Source: Squalus acanthias
Taxonomy: Eukaryota
Assembly: GCA_030390025.1 (NCBI GenBank)
Contig: CM059431.1
Location: forward strand, 108,192,001-108,256,000
Direction: 5' to 3'
DNA length: 64,000 nt
This document shows positions 24,780 through 36,914 of the stretch, one piece after another; the stretch's first letter is position 1; each line of letters begins with the position of its first letter. The notes below the pieces were generated by a model. It had not been told where the DNA came from. It ran no database searches and saw only the letters and a program-made list of their open reading frames with translations. Made by a program: the position numbers and the translations under genes.

Positions 24780-25875
24780 AAAATTCACCATCCAAAACTA
24801 GGGTCCTAAATCTAAACAAAGGAAACTACAAAGGTATGAGGAGTGAGTTGGCTATGATAGATTGGGGAGCTTCATTAAAAGGCATGATGGTGGATAGGCA
24901 ATGGCTAACATTTAAGGAACAAATGCATGAATTGCAACAGTTATACATTCCTTTCTGGTGCAAAAACACAAAAAGGAAAAGCAGCCCAACCATAGCTAAC
25001 AAAAGAAATTAAGGATAGTCTTGGATCCAAAGAGGAGTCATATAAAGTTGCCAAAAAAAGTAGCAAGCCTGAGGATTGGGAGCAGTTTAAGTTCAGCAAA
25101 AAAGGACCAAAAGATTGATTAAGAGGGGAAAAATAGAGTATGAAAGTAAACCTCAAGGAACATAAAAGCGGATTGTAAAAGCTTCTACAAGTATGTAAAA
25201 AGAAAAAGATTAGTGAAGACAAATGTAGGTCCCTTACAGTCAGAAACGGAAGAATTTATAATGGGTTACAAGGAAATGGCAGGAGCAATTAAACAAATAC
25301 TTTGGTTCAGTCTTCACGGAAGAGGACACAAATAACTTCCCAGAAATCCTAGGGAACCAAGGGTCAAGTGAGAAGGAGGAATTAAAGGAAATTAGTATTA
25401 GTAAAAAAAAGTGCTGGAGAAATTAATGGGGCTGAAAGCTGATAAATCCCCAGGGCCTGATAATCTGCATCCCAGAGTACTAAAAGAGGTAGCCATGGAA
25501 ATAGTGGATGCATTGGTTGTCATCTTCCAAAATTCTATAGATTATGGAACAGTTCCTGCAGATTGGAGGGTGGCAAATGAAACCCCACTATTTAAAAAAG
25601 GAGAGAGAAAACAGGGAACTACAGACCGGTTAGCCTAACATCAGTCGTAGGGAAAATGCTAGAGTCTATTATAAAGGATGTGATAACAGCACACTTAGAA
25701 AATATCAATGGGATTAGATACAGTCAACATGGATTTATGAAAGGGAAATCGTGTTTGACAAACCTACTGGAGTTTTTTGAGGATGTAACTGGTAGAATAG
25801 ATAAGGGAGAACCAGTGGATGTGGTGTATTTGGGTTTTCAGAAGGTCTTTGATAAAGTCCCACATAAGAGGTTAG
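24780..25875 (+). mobile_element. CR1 ORF2 internal fragment
   Basis: LNLNKGNYKGMR, KSPGPDNLHPRVLKE, QHGFMKGKSCLTNLLEFFE, VDVVYLGFQKVFDKVPHKRL; truncated at a MITE end. Confidence 0.93.
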
Positions 25876-26227
25876 TGACAGATCGCAAGTTCCGAGTTTT
25901 CGCGCGTGCGCTTCACGAGCAAAAACCCGGACCTTGCGGGGCCCTTATGGGCGTATACGCACCAGGTACACACCCGAAGGCATCGGAATATACGGGCCAA
26001 TGTATTTCTTTTCGCTAGAGTTGGAAGGATGAAGGTTGGCCAAGACAATAGAACTTCCCTGCCCTTCAAATTGTGCTGTAGGATCATATTCATATTCTAA
26101 AGAGGCAAACAAGGCCTCGGTTTAGAGGCAACGATGATAATACAGCACTCCCTCAGAACCAGCCGAGGTTATGTGCTCAAGACCTGGAGTGAGGTTTGAA
26201 CCTTCCGAGTCAGAGGCTAGAGTTCTA

Positions 26228-28392
26228 CCATTATTCCAAGCTGACACCTACTGCATACAAATAAAACATTTTAAGTTAAATCCCAGAAATGAAACAATGG
26301 CCCAAAAATTAGTGTCTCTACGCGAGAGTACGCACTGTGTACTCTCGCGTATTCTGTCTCCAATTGCCGGTTTTCTGCATGCACTGCGCATGCGCTGAAA
26401 ACCGGCACTTGGTGATTTCAAAAGGGGGCGGTTCCTAAGTGAACCGCGTGCGCGCTACAGGCTGCGCGCACGCAGTGGACTTAGTGCTTTGAACGCGCAG
26501 GTAAGCATGGAAGATTTTGCACATAAAGAAAGGAGGTGTAAGACCCTCTTTTAACAAGGTAAGTAGTTAATTAAGTATATTTTGAATTTTTTTCAACAGG
26601 TTTATCTTTTTTAGAGACTTTAAAGAAAGGTAAGTTTATTTTTATAACTTTTTAAAAGATTTTAAATTTTTTCAAAAATTTAATTTTTTGTTTAAAGTGG
26701 TTAATTTATTTAACTATACTTATTTTATTAATGTGATGGTTTTAAAAAAATTTAATTGAGGTTTAGCTGTTCTTTTGAGGGGGTATAGATTCATAGCTTT
26801 CACAGCACTTGCTGTGAAAACTATGAATGAAAGATGGTGTGCTGCCATTGGCTCTAACTGAATCACGTGATCCCACAGCTTGCACGAATTAACTGCGCCT
26901 GTGGGATACGGAAGCACTGCACAGCTGCTGTCTAGAAAATCAAGTTCGTGCGAGCTCGGAATGAAAAGGCAGGCGCGCAGTGAGATATCGCGGGGAAGCC
27001 TTACCCCCGCACGAAGGCTCCGTCTTTAATTTCTGGGCCATTGTCATTAAAAGGAATAATGTGGAAGCTCTCCTGATAATTTGGTGGTAACTGTACCATT
27101 CAATGTGGTACTGAGCCAAGTAAACATGCCAGACCTAGGTTCCATCACACGTTATGTGCTAAGTTACCTTCTCTCAGCTGGGCAAGCATTTAACATGCTA
27201 CAATATTTCTCAGCACCCCTGCGCTGGGAAAAGAAAAATCAGAAGTGGATAAATCAGCCAGGATTCCCACTGCCAATTACTCAGTAACCCCTGCTGGATC
27301 GTGCATCCATGTTGACGTCAAGTGAGGATACGATTGGCCTCATGATTAGAAACAGTCAGGCCCCAGCAATGGACCCTGGGCATTCGGCTTAATACTTCTC
27401 CTCAGCCTGATGTCATTACCCTAACTAGTACCAGCTGTATCCTCTTTTTCAGACATTTCCTTCTCCAACTCCAAGGATGTATGCAGCCTTTGATGCAGGA
27501 CTTTACTGAAGGCTTTCTGTAAGTCCAGATGCACCACTTCACAGGTCTTTCCAATGATCCTGAGAAGAGTCAAGGAGGTTGGTCAAATAGAATTGCCGCC
27601 TTCTGAAACCATTTTGGACGCTGTGCACGCACTTATTTTCACACAGCTAATCCTTATGTTTATTCCTAATGATTGACTGATTCCATTATTTTACCATTGA
27701 TTTACGACTGTTTGGCTACATGATATGCATTTGTATTGTAGGCTCTCTCTCTATCCATTGATTCCATCACAAATATCAACAATTTGTAGATTGTATCCTC
27801 CGTCTCACTCTCGAATATAAACTCATCTTCTCTGAGTCTGTAATTGTTTTGAAATCTCGAGCTTGTCGGACCTACGTGTGAATGGTTGATTGAGTTTGGT
27901 TATAAAACCTGCTACAATGGGCGTCATGCTCCTAATATCTTCGCTAGTGAATGCTTCTAGGTATCATTTAGTATGTTAACTACTTTTTTATTCATGCTCA
28001 ATTTCAATCCTCTTTATATCCTTAAGGGATCCCCATTCTTTTTTGATAATCCTCCTACTGTTATTATATGGAGCAATTTTTAAGCTTCATCGGTTTTCTA
28101 CAGCTATGTTCATTTCCAGTTTCTTCTTGCCCCTCTAATCATCTGTTTTCCATTTTTTGGTGCCTTCTGTATTCTTATCAATGGTTTTCCTCACCTTTCT
28201 GCCAATAGGTTTTGACATTTGTTTTTCTCGTTTATTTTGCTTTGTATTGCCCTATTAATCCATTGAGCATTACATCAATTTATTCTGCACCTTACTGATC
28301 CCCAGTATGTATTTATCCTAGTATACAAGTTGTTGTTGTTGTTGCATGCTCAGCACTATGTCCTGAAAGGTATTTTGTACATCATCAACTGT
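26228..28392 (+). repeat. left arm of inverted duplication (contains MITE 26299-27039)
   Basis: Reverse complement of 33140-34535 along its length, apart from arm-specific insertions. Confidence 0.95.
26299..27039. mobile_element. Harbinger-type MITE
   Basis: TIRs GGCCCAAAAATTA / TAATTTCTGGGCC, flanks AAT/ATT. The empty site is preserved in the other arm at ~34460-34480. Confidence 0.88.
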
Positions 28393-28835
28393 GGTTTTTT
28401 GGAGTAGTCTATTCCCCTTAATTTAAAGTTTTTAAAAGTTGCTTAATTCAAATTATTTGTTAAAACAATTGAAATTTTGCCAATAAAGCCACCTGTTCAA
28501 TGTTTTCCTTAAATTGCTCAATTCATCCAATGGGATAATTCAAATTATTCTTCACCAAGCAGTAACTTTGAATTAATAGGAGTAGATGGTGTTACCTCAA
28601 ACCAAAATGTTCCTCCCTTCTTCCCTTGAAGTTGGCCAGTTTAAGGTTGTACATCAGGGTATTGCTTGATCCCAGATTGAGTGAATTTTGATCATTTTAC
28701 TGATCACGGTCATCCAGGGTGCCATTACCTCTATTCCAAGTTTGCCGTCTGGGTCTTTGGCCATTACCAATTGGAGATGTGGGTTACCACCTGTGGCATC
28801 CCTAACACGCTGAATCAGAAAACAGTCATGGATTA
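27360..28835 (-). mobile_element. ancient CR1 ORF2 fossil, partly duplicated in the right arm
   Basis: VVHLDLQKAFSKVLH (RT) at ~27490-27535; DCFLIQRVRDATGGNPHLQLVM (endonuclease) at 28760-28830. Confidence 0.65.
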
Positions 28836-28837
28836 CA

Positions 28838-29402
28838 TTTTTTTTTAATTCATTTGTGGGATGTGGGCGTCGCTGGCAAGGCCAGCATTTATTGCCCATC
28901 CTCAATTGCCCTTGAGAAGGTGCTGGTGAGCCGCCTTCTTGAACCGCTGCAGTCCGTGTGGTGAAGGTGCTCCCACATCTGCTGTTAGGGAGGGAGTTCC
29001 AGGATTTTGACCCAGCGACGATGAAGGATCGGCGATTTACTTCTAAGTCAGGATGGTGTGTGACTTGGAGGGGAACTTGGAGGTGGTGGTGTTCCCATGC
29101 GCCTGCTGCCCTTGTCCTTCTAGGTGGAAGAGGTCGCGGGTTTGGGAGGTGCTGCCGTAGAAGCCTTGGCGAGTTGCTGCAGTGCATCTTGTAGATGGTA
29201 CACACTGCAGCCACGGTACGCCGGTGGTGGAGGAAGTGAATGTTTAAGGTGGTGAATGGAGTGCCAATCAAGCGGGCTGCTTTGTCTGGATGGTGTCGAG
29301 CTTCTTGAGTGTTGTTGGAGCTGCACTCATCCAGGCAAGTGGAGAGTATTCCATCACACTCCTGGCTTGTGCCTTGTAGATGGTGGAAAGGCTTTGGGGA
29401 GT
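28838..29402 (-). mobile_element. 5'-truncated copy of the tRNA-headed LINE family
   Basis: High similarity to 6185-6740. Confidence 0.92.
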
Positions 29403-31204
29403 TTACCAGCTTAGATTGAAGATCACTTAGGCATTGATACACAACGAATATCAATATATTGTTTCAGTACAGTCTGTTCATAATAGTCCTAAATTCTGGT
29501 TGCTAGTGCAAAAAGCTTCATGCAGTCACTGCTACACACTCTCATGTCAAAAGGTAGATGCTCTGCTTGCATCAGGTGATTCAATGCAGGAAAATGTAAT
29601 TTATTAGCACCCAGTGACAGGTTAACAAACAGTGCACAGCAATGGAGCAAAATTGCATCAATTAAAGCAACTGAACTCAGACACTAGCCTCAAAATGATA
29701 GGATTTGCTCTGGACAAGGAATCTGGTTTGCTGGAAGTGCAGGTCAGAAATTAAATGCAGAATTCAGTGCGTCCAATCCACAGCTCGCTAGAGATTCTGG
29801 CCATTGATTTTAATGGTTGAAAAATCGGGAGCGGCGTAAATCAAACATGCTGACCTTTGAACCAAGTTCTCTGATCCATTGAGACACACTTCACGTCAAG
29901 AATGGAATCTTGTCATTTCTGGGCTTCTATGTTTCACATGAGTCAGCATTTTTTTGCTACCAGACTTGAGCAAGTTCTGTGCTTCTTTGTCCAACAGTCT
30001 CTTCTGGCCAAGTAATATGCACTTCCATTGCCAGATCATTGCTGACAGTTGTACACTGTTTCCATCGCCTTTTCAAGCAAGACATGTTGCTTTCTTCAGT
30101 ATCACATTTACCATCAATTTTACATTGGTTTACTACCTGTACAGCTACAAAGAGAAATAAATAAAATAGCACAGAGCAAAAGCACTGAAGGGAAGAGAGA
30201 CATAGCCCTTGAGGTTGCATCTGCAACTATCAATCAAAGTCTACAAAAAGACAGCCTACCAGATGGCTTAGCCTCTTCCATCAGCTTGGCTGACTTCCAG
30301 ACCTACGAGGCCACAGTAATCACTCTCTAATTGCTCCATTGAGAACGAGAGAGTTGGGCTGTTGTCCGATATAACAGCTTCTATTTCCCTGGCACTCTTA
30401 CTTAGGTGCAAGGACTAATGTATGCCGATTTCCAGAGATTAATGAGAGTAATTAACACCAATTTCCAGGGTTTGTTTTGAAATACCACTTAGCCATTTTG
30501 AAAATCGTTGCAAATGTAACATTTATTTCACCCAAGATAGCACCTCTTATATTTTGCATATTTCTAACTTTGTTAAGCTGTGTAATACATTATACTGTGA
30601 ATTGGCACATCATTTCAGTTTTGTCATGGCCATATCGATCTACTGCCTAATCTCCACTGTAAGGAAACAATGGCCCGGAATTTGTGGTGGCTAATAACGG
30701 CGAACTAACAGTGTTCGCCATTATTACCCCTTTGAAACTGACCGCAACTTCAGGATGTAGCGCATGCGCGTCCTAACGCAGAAATCCTGAAGTTGCAGTC
30801 AGTCATTCACTGGCTGCGCTGTGGCCCCCACCCCTGGCAATCAGTGTAATCAGGGAAATCAGTGAAACTGGCGAAAACTTGGGCTTTTCCGCAGTAATAT
30901 TGCTGTTTTATACCCCATTTAATGTTAGACCTTGTTGAATTTGGTGTAACTGGAGGTTTATTGACTGCTAAACAAACGTTACGGTGCTAAAAAAAAATAA
31001 TTTTAATTTTGTGGAGTGTCAAATTTCTCCATTATAATAATATTTACAATTTTTAAGAAACTTTAAAAAAATATATTTTTTAAGGTTTGTTCATATTTAT
31101 TTCAGGTTTACCTTTCCCCCCATGAGAGAGCCCCAATCTTTGTTTTGTTCGCTTTAACATTTTTAAAAAGTCAGAATAAAATCAATTTGTTCACTTCCTG
31201 GTTA

Positions 31205-31998
31205 ACATTAGAACATAAGAATTAGGAGCAGGATTAGGCCATACGGCCCCTCGAGCCTGCTCCACTATTCAATAAAATCATGGCTGATCTTCAAGCTCAA
31301 CTCTACTTTCCCGCCCGATCCCCATATCCCTTGAATCCCCATGAGTCAAAAAATCTGTCTATCTCAGCCTTGAATATACTCAACGACTCAGCAACCACAG
31401 CCCTCTGGAGTAGAGAATTCCAAAGACAACAACCCTCTGAGTAAAGAAATACCTCCTCGTCTCAGTCTTAAATGGCCGACCCCTTATCCTGAGACTATGC
31501 CCCTTAGTTCTAGACTTTCCAGCCAGGGGAAACAACCTCTCAGCATCTACGATAGCAAAATACTGCGAATGCTGGAAATCCAAAATAGTGTTTCTCTCTC
31601 CACGGATGCTGCCTGGCCTGCTGAGTTTTTCCAGCGTTTTCTGTTGTTATTTCTCTCAGCATCTACCCTGTCAATCCCCCTTCAGAATCTTGTATGTTTC
31701 AATGAGATCACCTCTCATTTTTCCAAACTCCAGAGAGTATAGGCCCAATCTACTCAATCTCTCCTCATAGGACAACCCTCTCATCCCAGCAATCAATCTA
31801 GTGAACCTTCATTGCACCACCTCTAAGCCAAGTATATCCTTCCTCAGATAAGGAGACCAAAACTGTGCATGGTGCTCCAGGTGTGGTCTCACCAAAGCCC
31901 TATGCAATTGTAGTAAGGCTTCCTTACTCTTGTACTCCAACCTCCTTGCAATAAAGCCCTACATGCCATTTGCCTTCCTTATTGCTTGCTGTGCCTGC
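31205..31998 (-). mobile_element. CR1 3' fragment nested in the MITE
   Basis: SRTKGHSLRIRGRPFKTETRRYFFTQRVV; TTCTTATGTTCT tail. Confidence 0.92.
31551..31652. mobile_element. 102 bp Penelope-like terminal fragment with 14 bp TSD
   Basis: Flanked by the direct repeat CTCTCAGCATCTAC (31537-31550 and 31653-31666). Internally GCTGGAAA pairs with TTTCCAGC. Family assignment is from memory of shark repeats. Confidence 0.6.
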
Positions 31999-32734
31999 TT
32001 CCCTGTCTGTGAGAATTCTACATTGTGATTGGCTGCTTAGACAGCTTATTGACAGCAGCTTGCGCTATGGGATTCTCACTACACTACCACCATGATCTCA
32101 ACTGCACGTTGTAAAAAGGCAAACTTCTCGCCACAGAGATCGCGAGATCTTTATGGGCAGCTTTCTTCGGGGCCAGCGGTGAACGCCTTTGCTCCGCCAC
32201 TGACCGCAAATTACGGGCCCATGCCGTAATGACGATTAAAGAAAAACCTGAAATAAAAGTAGAAAATTCTGGAATTGCATCGATCGGCATCCAAACCAGA
32301 AAGATCGGTTAACTCTTTGGGTCAAACATTCCTAGCACTTTCTGTTTTTAATTCATCAATGGTTGTAGATATCTCTGCAATTATTTTTATTATCAAGGAT
32401 AGAAGAATTGCAATAGAAACAGAAATATTCTGCTCTAAATTAATAGATATGAAATGTCTGACAATATAAGGCTGATATTAGGGATATCAGAAGACTCCTA
32501 AGGGAGTACCTTTACCACATAGACTGCAGTGGTTCAAGAAGTAGGTCCAGAATCACCTTCTCAAGGGCAATAAATGCTGGCTTTGCCAGTGATGCCCATA
32601 TCCCAAGAATTAATAAAAATAATCAAATGAATTCATAGCTGAAAGGGCATAGCCAACAATCTTGCAAGATAATCAACAAAGATTACCAACAAAATTAGTA
32701 TGATAGATCTATTGCTACAAACTGTAGAACGGGC

Positions 32735-33137
32735 CTATACACTCTGGAGTTTAGAAGAACGAGAGGTGATCTCATTGAAACATACAAGATTCTGAGGGAA
32801 ATTGACAGGGTAGGTGCTGAGAGGTTGTCTCCCCCTGGCTGGAGTGTCTAGAACTAGGGGGCATAGTCTCAGGATAAGGGGTCGGCCATTTAAGACGGAG
32901 ATGAGGAGGAATTTCTTCACTCAGAGGGTTGTGAATCTTTGGAATTCTCTGCCCCAGAGGGCTGTGAATGCTGAGTCTTTGAGTATATTCAAGGCTGAGA
33001 TAGATAGATTTTTGGACTCTAGGGGAATCAAGGGATATGGAGATCGAGCAGGAAAGTGGAGTGGAGGTCGATGATCAGCCATGATCTTATTGAATGGCGG
33101 AGCAGGCTTGAGGGTACATATGGCCTACTCCTGCTCT
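32735..33137 (+). mobile_element. CR1 3' fragment
   Basis: SRTRGHSLRIRGRPFKTEMRRNFFTQRVVNLWNSLP. Confidence 0.93.
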
Positions 33138-33139
33138 TT

Positions 33140-34535
33140 ACAGTTGATGATGTACAAAATACCTTTCAGGACATAGTGCTGAGCATGCAGGATAAATACA
33201 TACCGGGGACACGCAAGTGCAGAATAAATTAATGTAATGCTCAATGGATTAATAGGGCAATACAAGGCAAAATAAACAAGGAAAACAAATGTCAAAACCT
33301 ATTGGGAGAAAGGTGAGGAAAACCATTGATAAAAATACAGGAGCCTCCAAAAAATGGAAAACAGATGATTAGAGGGGCAAGAAGAAACTGGAAATGAACA
33401 TAGCTGTAGAAAACTGATGAAGCTAAAACATTGCTCCATATAATAACAGTAGGAGGATTATCAAAGAAGAATGGGGATCCCTTAAGGATGTAAAGAGGAT
33501 TGAAATTGAGTATGAATAAAAAATAGTTAACATACTAAATAATACCTGGAAGCATTTACTAGCGAAGATATTAGGAGCATGACACCCATTGTAGCAGGTT
33601 TTATAACCAAACTCAATCAACCATTCAGACGTAGGTCCGACAGAAGCTCAAGAGATTTCAAAACAATTACAGACTCAGAAAACGAGTTTATATTCGAGAG
33701 TGAGACGGAGGATACAATCTACAAATTGTTGATATTTGTGATGGAATCAATGGATAGAGAGAGAGCCTGCAATAAAAATCCATATCATATAGCCAAACAG
33801 TCGTAAATCAATAGTAAAATAATGGAATCAGTCAATCATTCGGAATAAACATAAGGATTAGCTGTGTGAAAATAACTGTGTGCACAGCGTCCAAAACGGT
33901 TTCAGAAGGTGGCAATTCTATTTGACCAACCTTCTTGACTCTTCTCAGGATCATTGGAAAGACCTGTGAAGTGGTGCATCTGGACTTACAGAAAGCCTTC
34001 AGTAAAGTCCTGCATCAAAGGCTGCATACATCCTTGGAGTTGGAGAAGGAAATGTCTGAAAAAGAGGATACAGCTGGTACTAGTTAGGGTAATGACATCA
34101 GGCTGAGGAGAAGTATTAAGCCGAATGCCCAGGGACCATTGCTGGGGCCTGACTGTTTCTAATCATGAGGCCAATTGTATCCTCACTTGACGTCAACATG
34201 GATGCACGATCCAGCAGGGGTTACGGAGTAATTGGCAGTGGGAATCCTGGCTGATTTTTCCCCTCCGCTCTTTCCCAGCACAGGGGTGCCAAGACCAAAA
34301 CCAATTGTAGCATGTTAACTGCTTGCCTAGCTGAGAGAAAGTAACTTAGCACATACGTGTGATGGAACCTAGGTCTGCCTTGTTTGTTTGGCTCGGTACC
34401 ACATTCGATGGTACAGTTACCACCAAGCTATCAGAAGAGCTTCTACATTATTCTTTTTATCGACAAAATTTCATTTCTGGGATTTAACTTAAAACGTTTT
34501 GCTTATATGCAGTAGGTGTTAGCTTGGAATAATGG
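33140..34535 (-). repeat. right arm of inverted duplication
   Basis: Reverse complement of 26228-26298 plus 27040-28392. Confidence 0.95.
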
Positions 34536-34538
34536 ATA

Positions 34539-36305
34539 CCCTAAAGACGTTTATAAACACAAATAGTAAAAGGGTAGTCAAAGGAAGGGTGGGGCCCATT
34601 AGGGACCAAAAAGGAGATCTTCTTGTGGAGGCAGAGGTACTAAATGAATAGTATCCATCTGTCTTCATTAGAGAAGAGGATGCTGTCAATGTAGCAGTAA
34701 AGGAGGAAGCAGTAGCGATATTGGGTAGGATAAAAATAGATAACGAGGAGGTACTTAAAAAGTTGGCAGTCCTCAAAGCAAAAAGTCACCCGGTCCGGAT
34801 GGGATGGATCCTAGGTTACTGAGGGAAGGATGGAAATTGCAGAGCCTCTGGCCACAATCTTCCAATCCTCCTTGGATATGGGGTGGTGCCAGAGGACTGG
34901 AGGATTGCAAATGTTACACCCCTGTTCAAAAAAGGAGAATGGGATTATCCCAGCAACTACAGACTAGTCAGCCAAACGTCCATGGTGGGGAATCTTTTAG
35001 GGACAGTAATCCAGGACAAAATTCATTGGCATTTGGAAAAGAATGCGGTAATAAATGAAAGTCAGCACGGATTTTTTTAAAGGCAATTTGTTTGACTAAC
35101 TTGATCGAGTTCTTTGATGAAGTAACGGAAAGGGTTGATGAGGGTAATACGGTTGATGATGTATATATGAACGTTCTAAAAGCATTTGACAAAGTACCAC
35201 ATATTCGGCTTGTCAGCAAAATTAAAGTCCATGGGATTATGGAGCAGTGGTATACAAAACTGGCTAAGGGATAGAAAGCAGAGAGTAGTGGTGAACGACC
35301 GGAGGGAAGTATACAGTGCTGTTCCGCAGGGGTCGGTATTAGGACCACTGCTCTTTTTGATATATATTAATGACCTGGACATGGGTATATAAAGGGCATA
35401 ATTTAAAATTTTGCGGATGATCTGAAACTTGGAAATATAATAAACAATGAGGACTATAGTAACAGACTTCAGGAGGACATAGACAGACTGGTGAAACGGG
35501 CAGTCACGTGACAGATGAAATTTAACGCAGAGAAATGTGAAGTGATACATTTTGGTAGGAAGAATGAGGAGAGGCAATATGAACTAAATGGTATAATTTT
35601 AAAGGGGGTGCAGGAACAGAGAGACCTGGGCGTGTGTGCACACAAATCTTTGAAGGTGGCAGGACAAGTTGAGAAGGCTGTTAAAAAAGCATATGGGATC
35701 CTTGGCTTTATTAATAGCGCCATAGAGTACAAAAGCAAGGAAGTTATGCAACAACTTTCTAAACACTGGTTAGGCCTCAGCTGGAGTATTGTGTTCAATT
35801 CGGGGCACCACACTTTAGGAAGGATATCAAGGCCTTGGAGAGGGTGCAGAAGAGATTTACTAGAATGGTACCAGGCATGTGGAGAGACTGGAGAAGCTGG
35901 GGTTATTCGCCTTGGAGCAGAGAAGGATAAGAGCAGATTTGATAGAGGTGTTCAAAATCATGAACAGTTTTGATAGAGAAAATAAGGAGAAACTGTTTCC
36001 AGTGGCAGAAGTGTTGGTAACCAGAAGACACAGATTTAAGGTGATTGGCAAAAGAACCAGAGGCGACATGAAGAAATTACACAGCGAGTTGTGATCTGGA
36101 ATGCACTGCCTGAAAGGGTGGTGGAAGCAGATTCAATAGTAACATTCAAAAGAGAATTCAAAAAATACTTTAAGGGGAAAAAAATTATAAGGCTATTGGG
36201 AAAGAGCAGGGGAATGGGATTATTTGGATCACTCTACCAAAGGGGTGGCACAGGCACGATGAGCCGAATGGTCTCCTTCTGTGCTGTATCATTCTATGAT
36301 TCTAA
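34539..36305 (+). mobile_element. CR1 LINE, 5'-truncated (RT to 3' tail), frameshifted
   Basis: VPEDWRIANVTPLFKKG, SQHGF, KAFDKVPH, VPQGSVLGPLLFLIYINDLD, FADD, MKFNAEKCEVIHFG; TTCTATGATTCTA tail. Confidence 0.95.
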
Positions 36306-36914
36306 ATAATTGGTTGCTCACTTAACAGTGACCTTACCGACATGAATATAACAAAGTTGCTTTATTTGTCGCAGGCTGTTGAATGAATCCTTTACTTGAT
36401 TTATCTCATTAAAGCATCTTAAAAGTAAATGTTTTGAATATGTACTTCTGCAACCGGGAGTGTACATCAGGAATATATACATTGCTCCACTAACAATTTT
36501 CCAGCCATTGAAATTAATGGATGCAAAATCATGGGGAGGTGGGCACATGATTTGCTAATATGCGCTCGTGTTGGGCAAGTCTTCAAGAGTGCATTTATAA
36601 CGTGTGCCCTATTGCCACGGCGCAGGACAGTGAGAGAAGTTGTTTTACACTCACAGAAGAATAAATTTTATGAATGCATGGTCGCAGCATGGAGCAACAC
36701 CCACTGGGAGTGTATATTAGGAAATCGTCCATACAATTTCATCACATGCACTCCCAATGAGCAAGACCCTGTATTGGAAGCACGTATTCATAAAATCTAC
36801 CCGATAAAGTCAACCTAATGTGATAGCTCATAATTCCATGGAAATATTGAGCGTGTAAATCAGAAGCCTATGCCAACTTGTTTCAGTGAAAATATCTTTA
36901 ACAGTATTTTTAGT

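Larger units (their letters stand above)
30672..32219. mobile_element. Harbinger-type MITE with nested CR1
   Basis: TIRs GGCCCGGAATTTG / CAAATTACGGGCC, flanks AAT/CAT. Colinear with the uninterrupted copy at 50448-51183. Confidence 0.85.

Noticed and set aside
28654..29454. 266 aa ORF as a novel protein
   Set aside because: Chimera of a young LINE 3' end and an ancient CR1 endonuclease fossil.
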